Shown: piece after piece, positions 1 to 13,190 of the stretch
Layout of the letters: every line of letters starts with the position of its first letter
Position numbering within the stretch: position 1 is the stretch's first letter
NCBI GenBank assembly: GCA_032718475.1
Contig: JAUCBJ010006096.1
Span: 19,774 to 83,773, forward strand
Origin: Nemertoderma westbladi
Lineage: Eukaryota; Animalia; Xenacoelomorpha
Reading direction: 5' to 3'
DNA: 64,000 bases
The notes under the pieces: generated by a model
Told to the model about the DNA's origin: nothing
Database searches by the model: none
The model's input: only the letters and a program-made list of their open reading frames with translations
Made by a program: the position numbers and the translations under genes

Positions 1-1549
1 AAAATAATATTGAATTGTCTGGAGGTAATAATACATCAAGTAGGAGCCACGCTGTACTAGGGCATAGGCTAAGGCTATACAAACAAATGATACAAACAAA
101 TTCGTCATGCCTACTCTTCTGTTGTACTTACAGTACAGTATTATGCACTATACTTTACATGACTTTGCTGCACTTAAACTACTCCCCTGATTCATTGATG
201 TTACCTACCAGCTTACTAAAGGCTAATTTATTTTCCCTACATATATCTAGGAAGATCATGAAACAAAAGCTTTCCCACTAACTTTACTCAATTCGATGAA
301 CTTTAGCAATGAAGTTGACAGTTGAGAATTTCACTTTCGTACGCGTCCCGCACTTTACAATTTTTTGAAGCAATAATTGTGAGACATAAACTGTTTTGCA
401 AACTGTTTTTTTTACTGAACCGATAATTGGTTTTTCTAAGAAACATAAGCATTATAATATTTTAGTTCATTTTCTTGATGTACAGTACTAAAGTATGCAC
501 AAAAAGTCGTACGAATGTCCCACACTTTACATGGAATGAGTCAGCATGGTTTTATGCTTTCTTGTTGATAGATATATATAGACAGACTTTCTCACATTAA
601 CAGACAATTTTTGCGCGGGGAGGTTCAAATTTTAAACGCAATTATCTCGGAATGGTATTTTTTCATTTCAACGAATTTTAAAATGCTACTCCTCTGCCAA
701 TTTTTAATATTTTTTCATGAAATTTCGACAGAGTAACAACATGCCTCAGGCATGTTGTTCAAAGGTATCTTCAAAAGTATTGGTAAGAATTTTAAAATTT
801 GATCCTAACTAATTTTATTGGCTTCGAAATGTGAAAATGCTAATTTTTTTTTTAAAAATAGGAAAATAATTAATTAATTTGATAATAAAATTGGAAATAA
901 TCAATATGAAAAAATGTTGACCATTACTGTACGCGCTTTTATAGACCTTCAGCAATTCCCCCCCCCCCCCCCCCCCCCCCCTCCCCACTTACTTTGATCT
1001 CTCTCTGCCATTTCGCAAAAGCTTTTACAAATACAGTGACGTTTCTTAATAGGCCTACAGTATATAAGGTTAATTAAATATAATGTTTACTATCCTTTTT
1101 TTTTAGATAATATCAATTCAGTTTTTCCCTTTTTTTGAACCGTATCCGATCCTTTTTGTCCTTTTTTTGAACTGCATCCTATCCTTTTTTTATCGATTTT
1201 TTGGCTGGGAGGGCTGATAAGGTAAGTTTTAATATTTCTTACAAATTGGGTCGCCTCCACGCCAAAAATATTTAACTCATTACTTTATGTATATTGATTT
1301 CTTTGTTGTTTAAATAAATAAATAAAATAATATGCGATCTTTTACTATTTCTGCTAGAAATTGTTGCTGTTTGTAAATTTGTGAATCGCTTCCAGTTATA
1401 CTTTGTGTTATATTAAAAATATTTTTAAAACACAAATTGCCTGTTAATACCTGCCTTTCATCAATCCTCTGTGCGCCTTTGGGTGGAGGTGGTGCAGATT
1501 ATTATGCAGGTTGAAGGGGAAGGGGGGGGGGGGGGGGTGGGAGACTTCT

Positions 1550-2345
1550 TATAATATACCTACAGTGATGTAGGACAAATAAATAGGAATGGCACATTGC
1601 ACAAACTTTAAACTAAAGAGTGCAAGTTGCTATCCAACAAGGTAGATATAAGTCTGTCTGTATTCGTGTTCTAAATCGTTAGATGATATAAAATAGAATA
1701 GTGACATAGTCTGGTAAGTTATAAATAATAATATATAATATTGGCTCTGTTACAAACAAAATTACTTGCATTTATAGCAACACTATATTAATAATCTTTG
1801 GAGTTTTCATTATTAAATTAAATTTGAATTAATTGAGTTATCTTGAATATATTAGGATATATAATGAAGATCAAATTACAAGTTTTTTTTCAAATTTAAA
1901 TTTTATTCCAAGCAATAAAATATCAGATCGACCTGCATGACGCTGTCCCTTCAATATTACTACAGTGCGCGTTACAAAAATGGCAACACACCAACTGCTA
2001 CTGTATAAAACCCAGCATTGTTCCTATACTACATGTAAGATAAATAAATAGTTCCGGTGTGCACATCTTCTAAATAGAAAAGTGCATGTTGAACTCGTCC
2101 CATACCGATTAAACCATTGAATGAGTCAGTGTATCTGATCGTTGGTTGGATATAATATAGAATAGCGAAGTATTCTGGTTGGTAAGTTTTAAATAATATT
2201 ACATATATTGGATTACGTTTACACTATAATTGCTTGAGATACACGAACACTACACTGATATTTATAGTTTTCATTATTAAATTAGTTTGGAATTAATTAA
2301 TTTATCGTGAATACATTATGATTTATAATAAAGAATAAAGTCAAA
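1550..2345. repeat. Diverged direct repeat, two ~320-bp copies (~1550-1885 and ~2025-2345)
   Basis: Collinear shared blocks in both copies, e.g. aaataaatag...tgcaca...agtgca, atagaatag...ggtaagtt, agttttcattattaaatta; no consistent ORF. Confidence 0.6.
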
Positions 2346-2404
2346 GTTAATATTGACATATCGTACCCAAAGTGTACTATACTACCTGAGATCAGTCTGG
2401 TTTA

Positions 2405-4541
2405 CTACTACTACTAGGATCGGCATGCTGCATTGCAGCTGCATTTTTAAGAATGCTGTGCCGGCTTATCGACAAAATTGCACCGCCACAACTCCCTATC
2501 ACCCATGACATTTGCTAGATCATCCGCATCTTCAAGGCCAGTGTCCTTTAAGATGCGTCTCAAGAAAGTCATGGGCTGTCCACCATGCTTATTCACTCCA
2601 TGAGGCTGTCAAAGTACAAGATTATGCACTGGCTGGTCCTCACGGCGAAAGCAATGTCCTGCAAAGCGGAGGCGATTTTGTTCTAGTGTCAAGCTTGGGG
2701 GAACCAATGAGACACCTCCAATGTTATATAGTGTCTGGTTGGAGATGTGTGCATTGTACTTGATACACTGAACCCGGCGTAGCATTCTTGTGAATGTGCC
2801 ATCCAGAGATTTGGTGTCCTCAGCAGTTAGAGCCCAGCATGGACTCCCGTAGAGGAGTACTGGAACTACTACTGCTCTAAATAATCGGACCTTAAGTTTC
2901 CGATTAATTCTCGGTGACTTCCAAATCCTGGAAAGCCTAGTCAAGGCTGCTCATGCCTTTCCCTTACGTATTCGAAGGTCCTCGCCTGACTTCCGGATCC
3001 ATGATCCCAGGTAACAGAAGTCGTCCACATGCTCAAGCATACCATCCTTTGAGCTTATGCTCATCCGATCAGAGACTTGCTGAGGACTTTCAAAGTTAAC
3101 TGTCAAAATTTTGGTCTTTCTGGAGTTAATAAAAAGACCAACACTAGAAGCAGCATGTTCTAATGAGCTGAGGAGCCGTTGGGCTCCCTCTAATGATTCT
3201 GAAAGTACTCCTAAGTCATCAGCAAAGTCTAGATCAGTTAGGTACTTGGCAGGATTTCCTCGACTTCTGGAGCCAGTAGGTGGAGTTATCATCACCCCAT
3301 CATCATTATGATGATCTAAGGACATGCGTAGAACATAGTCAACCACAATAATGAACAAGAATGGTGCAAGTGTGTCTCCTTGGAGGACGCCCCATAACAC
3401 TTCAAATGGTTCTGTGTCACCGTCAATAGTAGACACAAATGTTGTCGAACCATCGTATACTGATCTGATTGCTGCAATAATTTCATTAGGAATCCCATAT
3501 AATGAAAGTATGCTGAACATACGTGAGCGAGAGACTGAATCAAAGGCCTTGAAGAAGTCAACAAAGATAACAGCCAGATGCCTGTCTTTCTTTTTTGATA
3601 ATTCTTCAATTATCCTTCTAAGTGCCAAAATGGGCTCCATGGTCCCACGACCTTTACGGAACCCATTCTGATTTCCACGGAGCAGTCTCTCAATGGGATC
3701 CCTGATGCGATTTAATAGAATCCTATTGTATAGCGTTGCTGCAATCGAGATCAATGAGATTCCCCGAAAAGAACCATAGAGTGTTAGGTTGCCCTTCTTG
3801 GGAACTGGCACCAACTTATTTGTTTTCATTTCTTGTGGGACTCTTGTTGTTCGGTACATGTCTACTATGATGGGATAGATGAGCTTTAAACACTCAGGTA
3901 TTTTAAAGACCTCAGGGGGAACACCATCTACTCCACTGGCACGATTGGTCTTAATGCACTTTGCAGGAGATATCGCCAATGGGAATATCTGGGAGTACAG
4001 ACTCAGACACTTTTACTTCTATAAAGTTATCAGGCAATACCCTGTCATTATTGAGGAGCTTTTCAAAGTGGGCTTTCCAACCATTGAGGCGATCGGCTGG
4101 TGATTCAGCCTTAACCTTGGTGGTTGGTTGGCTTTTCCACCCAGTAAGCACATTGGTCGATTTCCATGCCTGGGATGATTGCCTGCTGTCGTCAGCACCA
4201 TTGATGGGATGGCATCAACCTGTTGGTTTATTAGCTCCTGTAGATTAACAGAGTACTGCCTGTTCAGGGACCTAGATGCAGCCTTAACTGCATTCTTGGC
4301 CGCTGTAGTCTGTTTGAGTCGGGACTCTTTCTGCGCGTTATGAAGATCATTTCGGCACTTCTGAATTTTGTTGTCAGTCCAGGGGGCCCTTTTCCAGTTT
4401 CGAGGGTATACAGGAACTGTTTCTGCAGCTGCTAACTTAACTGCTTCTGTAAAGGCAGTATAGCCCTCACAGTGATCTGCCGCCTCAGAGGCAAGAGCCT
4501 CATACCTGTTGCTCAGCTGTAGTGTGAAGCTGGATCTCACA
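2405..4541 (-). mobile_element. 5'-truncated RTE-clade non-LTR retrotransposon (LINE)
   Basis: RT ORF fragments; (AGT)n 3' tail read as tactactactacta at ~2403-2416; 12-bp TSD cagtctggttta at 2393-2404 and 4542-4553. Confidence 0.9.
2609..4541 (-). pseudogene. Disrupted reverse transcriptase ORF of RTE LINE (endonuclease domain missing)
   Basis: Motifs QNGFRKGR, FVDFFKAFDSV, GVLQGDTLAPFLF, LDFADD, FCYLGS; nonsense codon at 2951 (KGKA*AAL, W expected) and frameshifts near 3980-4200. Confidence 0.9.
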
Positions 4542-4694
4542 CAGTCTGGTTTAATCTGCAGTGTAGATAGAGTGTGCAGTAGCTTCGTTGTTTTTGGGTA
4601 TTGGATATGAATCAGCGATATAAGGGAAGGAATAATTGATAATAACAACATTGTACAACACCGCACACTGACAAAACGTAGCTGGCCATACACC

Positions 4695-5945
4695 GGATGT
4701 AGGACAATTCGGTCCCGGACAATTCGGCACGGACAATTCGGCACGGACATTTCTGTCCCAAAACAGCAAATAAATGGGACCGAATTGTCCGGGACAGAAT
4801 TGTCCGGGACCGAAATGTCCGGGAACGAATTGTAAACTTTTTATCGTTTAAGGCCTGTTTACACGTGGCAACTTTTAGAGCAACTTTCTTGGCAACTACT
4901 GTAGCAACTTTTTTTGGAGCAACTTGGCTAGTTTGACTGTAAAATAGTGGGTAATTTTATCTACTAGCTAGTTTTTGATAATTTAATTTGATTATCCCGC
5001 TTTAATTCGCCAACGCAAATTCCTTCAAGTTGCCGTAAAAGTTGGGCAACTTTTACTGCAACTTTTTTACGTGTTTACACGGAGCAACTTGATCGGCAAC
5101 CTGGGTTGCTCTACAAGTTGCCGAGAAAGTTGCTCTAAAAGTTGCCATACGGGGATAGTAATACAGTACATAGCTATACATAGATACACATAGCTAGTAT
5201 TTTTTTTGAAATTATAAAAACATTGATATTTCAGAATTAGGCCTAAACTGTTACATAATATATCAATTACCAAAAATATTGATGATATTATAACAATTTA
5301 AGCTGAACATCGTGTGGCGGTACAGTTATTATAATCTAAATTCAGCAACTACTGTAGTGTCTCTGAATGAGATCCTGCTATTGTATAGGATAATAATAAT
5401 TTAGGCTTGTTAACCAATACAAACGCAACACAAACGTAATTAATACATACGCAACATATTAAAAAATTTGTTTTATGCAAATACAATATACTAATAAATA
5501 AAATATATAAAATATAAAATAAATACAATATGCTATATCTAGCTACAGTAGTAAATAATTCACAAGCTCCATAAAAACACCATATTATAGCTAACTGTAC
5601 CATAACTAAAAATGTAAACAAAAAAATAAACTTTTTTAATTTCAACAAAATACTAGCTAGTAAAAAAACACTAGCCTCACCATAAAAAATATCCATTAAG
5701 GTTCTAGAACATTCACCATTATATAGTACCAATTAAATTTTGTCCCGGTCAATTTGCTCCCATTAATTAGGTTTGTTTTGAGTTTGTTTTTGGAATTCGG
5801 TCCCAAAACAAAAATATAATGGGACCGAATTGTCCGGGACCGAATTGTCTGGGACCGAATGTCTGGGACCGAATTGTCTGGGACCGAATTGTCTGGGACC
5901 GAATTGACTGGACCGAATTGTCCGGGACCTAATTGTCCTGCATCC
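4695..5945. mobile_element. Non-autonomous Mutator/Foldback-like DNA transposon with 15-bp subterminal repeats
   Basis: TIR ggatgtaggacaattcggtccc / gggacctaattgtcctgcatcc; 9-bp TSD ccatacacc at 4686-4694 and 5946-5954; arrays of cggacaattcggtcc in both orientations. Confidence 0.8.
4852..5150. mobile_element. Nested MITE (possibly PIF/Harbinger-type), right terminus eroded
   Basis: Inverted arms tggcaacttttagagcaactttcttggcaact / agttgccgagaaagttgctctaaaagttgcca; left end taa|ggcctgtttacacg. Confidence 0.6.
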
Positions 5946-6299
5946 CCATACACCATATCCCGGATTATAGCGTCTTTCCTACATGCCCACCACCCCCCCC
6001 CCCCCCCCCCCATAATTTTCTACTAATCCTAATGAGATGATTGCCTGAAATTTGCAAGAGAGATAGTTTCACTTCCCGACAGTTAGAAGGTGAGCAGAAA
6101 TTTTTTTTATTTTCGCTTTCATTCTTTATCTACCAACGCATAATATAAAATATGGGATCATCGTGATATATACATAAAAAATGGCAATATAAAATGATAT
6201 ACACCAACACAAACGTCTACTAATTATTCAAATTCAGATTATAGTATGAATAATTATAGTATCCGATACCTATAGAATATCAATTCAACCTCACTATTC

Positions 6300-7597
6300 T
6301 ACGGAGCCCCTAAGGGGACATTAAAAATAAAATTTTCTTTTGCGTAGATAGCTCGTGCGAACGACTTACTAACTCATGCGAACGACTTATCTATACTTCG
6401 ATTGGCTAAACTTTACTGGTAATAAAAAATACAATAGTAGTGGGATTTCCAATTCAATATTCAATACTTGTAACTCAATAATGGCTCACTCAAGTCCGTC
6501 TGAAATTCTCTAGTCTGTCGCTAGAGGGCTTAATTTAAATCCTTCGACCCATTCCGTAATTTATAATCTGTTCAAGCTGAAACTTCTCAGCTATGTGCAA
6601 TAACTACATCTTGTGTCTTTGTGGGGACGGTAATCGGTCTGCAGGAATTACTTCACGATTGCTTGAGGATCAATATGATTGCATCGATTTTACTTTTTTC
6701 CCGGCTCGCTGGCGCTCGGTACACAATATGCCTCGAGAATAATGAAAAAGGTCCTACTTTTTTTTCCAAAGTAATACATTATTAATAAAAAGGTCCTTCG
6801 AAAGTTACAATATTAACCGTTGAAAATGAGGAAAGCAGGTCGGACAATTCGGTCCCGGAAGATACAGTACCGGAGAATTAGAACCCGGACAGTTGGATCC
6901 CGGACAATTCGAATTAGGTCTCGGATAATTCGGTACCGGTCAATTCGGCCTCTGACTATTCGTTTTCGGACAATTCGGCCCCGGACAATTCGGTCTCGGA
7001 CAATTCTGTTCCTGAGAATGCGGCCCCGGACAATTCGGTCCCGGAAGATACAGTACCGGAGAATTAGAACCCGGACAGTTGGATCCCGGACAATTCGAAT
7101 TAGGTCTCGGACAATTCGGTACCGGTCAATTCGGCCTCTGACTATTCGGCCCCGGACAATTCGCTCCCGGACAATTCGGTCTCGGACAATTCTGTTCCTG
7201 AGAATTCGGTCACGGATAATTCGGTACCGGACGATTGTAGCATCGGTCCATGAAATTGCAGGACGCCAAAATTCACAACTAAATTGTCTAACCTTTTTCT
7301 CTTCTATATACAAACTAAATTTAAAGAAAAACTGACAGAACCGTTGCTGAGATATTGGTGTCTAAACATTGAGCCAGACAGACCAACAAGACAAACATAA
7401 GCACGTGATGGACCAACATAGACAACGCCGATTTGGCCATGCATTAAACTGTATGCTAAGGCTCGCTTACTTCGAGGCTCGCCCCACAAATATCATTTAT
7501 AGCAGGGAGTCATATTTAATCATCGAACGACTTAGTAAGTCGTTCGCACGAGATAGTTAAGTCATTCGCACGACTTAGCAAAAAAGGCTCCTCCGTA
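6300..7597. mobile_element. Non-autonomous IS3EU-like DNA transposon
   Basis: Termini tacggag...ctccgta (TAY..RTA); 6-bp TSD ctattc at 6294-6299 and 7598-7603; subterminal gcgaacgactta repeats inverted at both ends. Confidence 0.7.
6841..7250 (+). repeat. 15-bp minisatellite (cggacaattcggtcc) with 186-bp higher-order duplication
   Basis: Same unit as in the 4695-5945 element; block starting at 6841 recurs at 7027. Confidence 0.9.
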
Positions 7598-7689
7598 CTA
7601 TTCAAACACATTTAAATAGAATACCAGTATAGTCACCCTGTACATTCCTCAGTTTGTTTATTTTTGCTGGTTCACCGATCACGGACATG

Positions 7690-8830
7690 ACTGCTGGTAA
7701 TCCAAACAAACCAATGATTTCCTTATCAGGCCATTTCCATCTGTACCCAACTGACTTTTCCATCATTGATACTTGAGCCATATCAGCCAGAAATAGTTGG
7801 AGTTTACCTGGGATGAAGACACTATTGTTCTTCACAATCACATTAGTAAATTTATGCTCGATTCTTTGCGTGTTCTGTGAAACAGTTAATAAGTTTATTA
7901 TTCCCGGCAAATTGGGAACTTTGCACAAATTAGCGAGTATGGATACGTGTAACTATTTCACTGTCCCCTTTGCTCGGTTCTACAAGATGGATAGACATAA
8001 TTCCAGGGACTGATTTTGTATTTTCTTATTTTTCCTTAATTTTCCATTTGGATATCTCCTTATCATATACTAAGATGGCTTTGGTGTTGTCGTCAACAGT
8101 CTCTATGGATGGTGCATCATTAACAATCATATTTTGTCTCAGAATTTATATTTTTGTCTTTAATGAAACCAACACTAGTAAATAAAGAATCTTGGGTAGT
8201 GTTCCAATGGCCCGATTGCACCTCGTCTTGATAGTTGCAAGAAAAATTATCTGCAAAACCGACTTGCAACAGTGCTATATCTGAATTGTCTGTAGCCTTC
8301 TTGCATATGCCGTAATAAGCCGCACGTTTTACCAATAAATGAAATAGAAACTTTGGCATCATCAATTCCAGCACGGATAACATCACACTACGTTGAATCA
8401 AACTCATCGACTTGGGGGTTCCGTTCTCCTTTAAGATTTATTTCCATTCCCACAATGAAAAAGAATTATCCAAACCACTTGTCATCTTCTCAACGAAATA
8501 AATTTGTAAAATTATGACATATATTTCTTGTTATCAATATCACAAACACACCTCTTTATAAAATAATCAGAATAAAGTGGGAAGGTCGCTGGTAGATCTC
8601 GATGAAAGGCTTGCTGAAGTCTTATAATGTTTTGGTGATAAATGCAAATAGAGACGTTTCGAGGGAGTTTGGATGATAATAGTAAATGGCAGGGACGCAA
8701 TGTTGTAAAATTTGTAAAACATATATCATCCCCCATGGAAGGATGTTTTTCTTCATAATCTTATTATGCCGCCCATAGAGTAAGAATTATTACAGTATTA
8801 AGTCTCTTTTGTTTTTTTACTTTCTCTTTA
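7690..8830 (-). pseudogene. Decayed DNA-transposon transposase, probably Sola2-like
   Basis: Fragments LPRNVSICIYHQN, LLQVGFADNFSCNYQDEVQSGHWNTTQDSLFT (DFAENY..Q.E.QS.HW-like), YRWKWPDKE; many stops and frameshifts. Confidence 0.55.
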
Positions 8831-9076
8831 TCGATATAGACTGTCATAACGTCTCACTGGCTTTCGCAGTGAGGACCAGCCAGTTTGCCATTTCAGCCAG
8901 CCATTGTGCTTTGGCAGATTGGTTTTGAAGATGCGGATGATCTAGCAAATGTCATGAGTGATGGAGTTGTGGCGGCGCAACTTTCTCGACAAGCTGGCAT
9001 AGCATTCTTAAAAATGCAGCTGCAATGCATGATCCTAGTAGTAGTAGTCATACCGTCAGCAATAACGACGAAAGAC

Positions 9077-9590
9077 TCAAAAACGACGAAGGTCGTCGAG
9101 GAAGTAACGGCATTTGTGGGCGGCCCATGCGGCCCTCAGGGCATCGAGTTCAGCCATCCCGGTCAAGTTGGCTTCACGTTTAGCGAGGGTCCGGGATCCG
9201 CATCGGATCGTTAACCAAAGGTTTCGGGGTGGGCCCCATTGCCGCATGAGAAATCCGTGTTCATTGAGATGGGAGGCATCGGTGAGGAGCTCAGTGCGAC
9301 GGTCGGGTTGAAACCCGGAAAGGTGGTGGGGGCTGGAGAGCGCTGTGCGGATTGCCTCGAAAGCATCCTGGTGTTGGTGGTCAGGTGGTTGGGGAGCCAC
9401 AGCCACGAGGAGTAGTTGGAGTTGATGCTGCGGAGGGGCTCAACCACTTGGCTGCTTGGGTAATTTCGGCGGTGGAGTTGCCGAGTTGCTGCGCGAGGCC
9501 GAGGAAGGATCGGAGTTCTTTCCAGCACGTCGGAACGGCGAAATGTTGGAGGTCGTCTGTGAGCTCCGGGTCGATGTGGTGCCAAAACTA
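9077..9590 (-). pseudogene. Ty3/Gypsy RT-connection/RNase H fragment
   Basis: AFEAIRTALSS..L..F.P.RRTELLTDAS, CGSRTL...EAN, ELDAL..AWA..KCRYFL; GC-rich island in AT-rich DNA. Confidence 0.8.
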
Positions 9591-9766
9591 GATAGGTAAC
9601 ACAGTCTGACTCTGACTGTATGTAGGCGTACGGTAGTAACATACTAACACAAGGGGCGAGCCATCAAGGGAGGTGGGTACTATGGATGTTACTAAAATAG
9701 GCACACAGTCAAACACAATCAAACACAAGCAGGAGGATGTTTGTAGAACCCCTAAAGGTCTAACTA

Positions 9767-10145
9767 CACAGCAGCTTTTTAGGCTAAAGTGCTAACTTTT
9801 TTAAAGTGCTAACATAAAGTGCTAACCAAACCTGCCAAATGAATTCTAAAGACATGATTGGTGCAAATTTGCTTTCAGTTTGGCTGTTAGCACTTTAAAG
9901 GTTTTGCAAACCCGGACATGTGTATGTGTAAATTGCGATGCGCCCCCTAGCGTCTCATGTGTGCATCAATATATTGGCAGAATCTTCTATAGTGCTAACT
10001 TTGTGTGTAAATGTTAGCAGTATAATATTATAAAAATAAAGTTACTATAGTGCTAACTGCACTGTGTAAATGTTAGCAGTAAAATATTTTAAGAGTAAAT
10101 TGAATATAGTGCTAACCTAAGTGTGACAATTTTGGCAGTTATAAT
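9767..10145. repeat. gtgctaac-rich subterminal repeats (~59-bp unit x3), possible EnSpm-like element end
   Basis: Starts cacagcag; repeated gtgctaac...gttagca pairs; no matching right end found. Confidence 0.4.
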
Positions 10146-10289
10146 GAACAAAAATCACATAATGAAAATATATAAAAGTTAAACTGTTTTTGGGACGATG
10201 AAAAAGGCAATTGAAAATCATTGAATTACTATTAATATCGTTTTAGGACTCTACGTAGGTACAATACTGTATGACAAAATAAACTTTAA

Positions 10290-10684
10290 TGTCTTAATGT
10301 AATAAACTTTAACTTTAATTTAAAAAAACCATCACTTTTTGCACTTTGAGAGGCCCAGTTCCTTTTTTTATTCATTCCGTTGGATTCAGAACAAATGATT
10401 TTCAATTGGTGCTCAAATTTGGTACTAACACCAAAATTGAACACCAGAATAATAACAAGTTTCAAATCTCTAGTACATTTTTCCGAAGAATTCTGAACCC
10501 CCCAAGTCCGTGGACAAAAAATAGAGATGACTGTATGGTACAATTCATAAGTTCTATATCTTGAAAAGGTTTTTTTTTTTAAAAGTAGTAAGTTCAGATT
10601 CCGAACTCTGTTTGATTGAGAAACATAATTGATAAAACCACGGATCGTATTACCCCCCACATCCTCCGGGTTTAATAGGGTTAA
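10290..10684. mobile_element. Possible piggyBac-like right terminus
   Basis: Ends ...tttaataggg|ttaa (GGG followed by TTAA); partner end not seen and left boundary is a guess. Confidence 0.3.
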
Positions 10685-12300
10685 GTATGATGGCTTAATA
10701 ACATTTATTGATATTATTCAGAGTCGAATACTAAACTTCATGTGACTGACATGGTAATTTTGATAACAATAATAGGCAGTATTTATTTTTATCACGTTAC
10801 AGTTAATGGTTAATTAATTTATCTTTTACGTTTCCTGATTCGGTTATATATTTGATGGTAAATATGCCGCCATGGGATACTACCAAGAATAGTGTGCTCT
10901 CTTTGAATTTGCTCTATTTCCTCCTTTTTGGGCGGCGTCATATTAAGTAGGTTTTTCTCAAAGCACCTCTCTATTGTCTTTAAATCTTTTGTAAAAGCTT
11001 CTGTGGGATATAACTGGCCCTTTTGCTTCGCAATCCAGTTTCCCCCCTAGGCGCTGGAATACTCTAAAAGGCTCTATAACTATATATATATTCCCCTCGC
11101 CCGCAAGGTACCGTTATAGGTGTTTTAACGGACATAAAAGTCATTCTGCTATATACGTGTTTTGGCGGACATGGTAAGGCAAAAAACCTGCAATGCACCA
11201 AATACCTTTACACAGCTTAGCCTTGATGATTCAGATTGCGACATCTAGCAGCTGGTTGCTGGCATGGAAACAGCCATTGGACGCATGGTTCTTTGTTTGG
11301 CTTGAGCCAATCAGAGCGATTTTTTCTGTCGACGTGTAGATATTCGGCCGATCATACTGGGAGTGTTCAGTCTTACTGTTTTTAGTGATACCGTTGTGTT
11401 ATTGCTATCTAGGCCAGGAACACCGGCTCTAGAGTCAATTCGTTTTCATACTTTAGAAGAAACATTAGTAGGCTTAAATTATAGAGCGTATAACTGTTAT
11501 CAGTGCAGTCTTGTCACATCTTGTCATACCATATCTTAACCTACCGTCTTAATGCTGTTTACTGTTGTGTTTTGGTTGAATATTATTTGGAGAACATATA
11601 TAAAGAACCCAAATTTCCCAATTTTCTTGATACACTACAGGTTAGAGAGACGGGTTATATATAGCGATTGCGACTTATATTATTATGGTTTGTAGTGAAT
11701 TTAATGCTATTTGATAAGCCCTACATGAGTCCGTTGCTGTTCTCTTTATATATGATAAAATTCATTGACGGTCGGCAAATTAGTGAGCAGTATTGTGTGT
11801 TACCGGTAGTGTGCATGATTGTGACTGATAACTAAGCATTTCCTAAAGAATGCGCCTCATACGTGAATCATAAGCCTTACCGACTTACCGTTGTGATTAG
11901 TATAAGTCATATCTCTGTTTACCTAGATAGAGCGCCACGTCCTAAAGGAACTGTTAATATTTCCCGAAAGTGAATAATATTAGTCAGAAATTATTTATTA
12001 ACGATCAATCGAATAATACAATACAGTAAGCTTACACTGCAATAATAATCTAAGCCCTCAGAATCCAGTCTCCCGGGTATATCCAGCGGGTGAATGGACG
12101 CGCACTATGCTGGCTTCTGCTAATGTTGTGTTTATTGGTATTAAATATTTGTCATCTTCTAAAGTCTATTTATAAACCAAAAGACATATAAATTTTGGCA
12201 GGTTAAACTGCTAAAGGTCTTCAAAAGCGCGTACAATAACAGTTATTGTCTTTATTGCAGTAAGCAATAAAGTTGAAAGTACCGGTCGACCGGTAAACCT

Positions 12301-12430
12301 GAACCGGTACTTCTGTAGGTCAGTAGGCCCAACTGCCAGAACCGGTACTGCTGTAGGTCCGTAGGTCCAACTGCCAGAACCGGTATTTCTGTAGGTCCGT
12401 AGGCCCAACTGTCCTAACCGGTACTTCCAG
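12301..12430 (+). repeat. 38-bp tandem repeat x~3.3 in BEL leader
   Basis: gaaccggtacttctgtaggtcagtaggcccaactgcca units at 12301, 12339, 12377. Confidence 0.85.
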
Positions 12431-12597
12431 TATAAGTACATTAGTATTATTCGATTTTGATTATTGTATACTGGTAGGTCTTAGTATTTAATCAGGGACT
12501 GCAGCCCTGGTTTTTTATTGAGATTTTACTCATTTCTGTCGGTTTTATTTACATGTAAGTTAATATTGAGCTGAAGACGTGTAAGTCTGCTCAGATT

Positions 12598-13190
12598 GTT
12601 CAGATAATTGTAGGCCGGACTGTTGTTAGATTGTTGTTGAGTTTGGAGAGATTACGGCGTGTGTAGAGTTTGTCCGATAGAGTGCCAGTTAGTAAGTTGG
12701 GGCAGCCATAGCTGTAAGGTCAATCCCCTCTTAAAGAATAAGTCGTACTACCGTGTTAGAACGCATACTAACTAACAATTTTGGAATCTGCACATACTGT
12801 AGTTTATTTAGGCTTGACAGTATTCTGCCAGCGCTTTGGCCTGTGTTTGTTTGTGTGGTCTGTTCAGGTACCGTAATAGTTATTACTCAGATATTTTGTA
12901 GGCTGGATTGTTGTCTAGCTATTATTAGGTCTGAAGAGATTGCTGCTTGTGTAGAGTTTGTCTGATAAAGTGCCAGTTAGTAAGTTGGGGCAGCCATAGC
13001 TGTAAGGTCAATCCCCTCTTAAAGAATAAGTCGTACTACCGTGTTAGAACGCATACTAACTAACCGTTTTGGAATCTGCACATACAGTAGTTTATTTAGG
13101 CTTGGTGGTAGTCTGCCAGCGTTTGGTTTGTATTTTGTTTGAGTATTCTGTACGGGTAGCGTAATATTTATTATTCAGAGTTTATGCGAT
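12598..13190 (+). repeat. 288-bp tandem duplication in BEL leader
   Basis: agtaagttggggcagccatagctgtaaggtcaatcccctc... at 12691 and 12979. Confidence 0.9.

Noticed and set aside
957-1537. Poly-C / poly-G pair as an inverted repeat or G-quadruplex switch
   Set aside because: Simple homopolymers common in such repeats; the flanks are not complementary
1550-2345. Duplicated host exons (ag...gtaagt signals in both repeat copies)
   Set aside because: Stop codons in the frames examined on both strands; no conserved peptide
6813-7335. Arg/Ile-rich ORFs on both strands
   Set aside because: Artefact of the 15-bp minisatellite (unit length is a multiple of 3); no protein features
12301-12430. CRISPR-like array (also 49720-49805 and 51790-52010)
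   Set aside because: Units are contiguous or have related spacers, there are no cas genes, and the context is eukaryotic TE DNA
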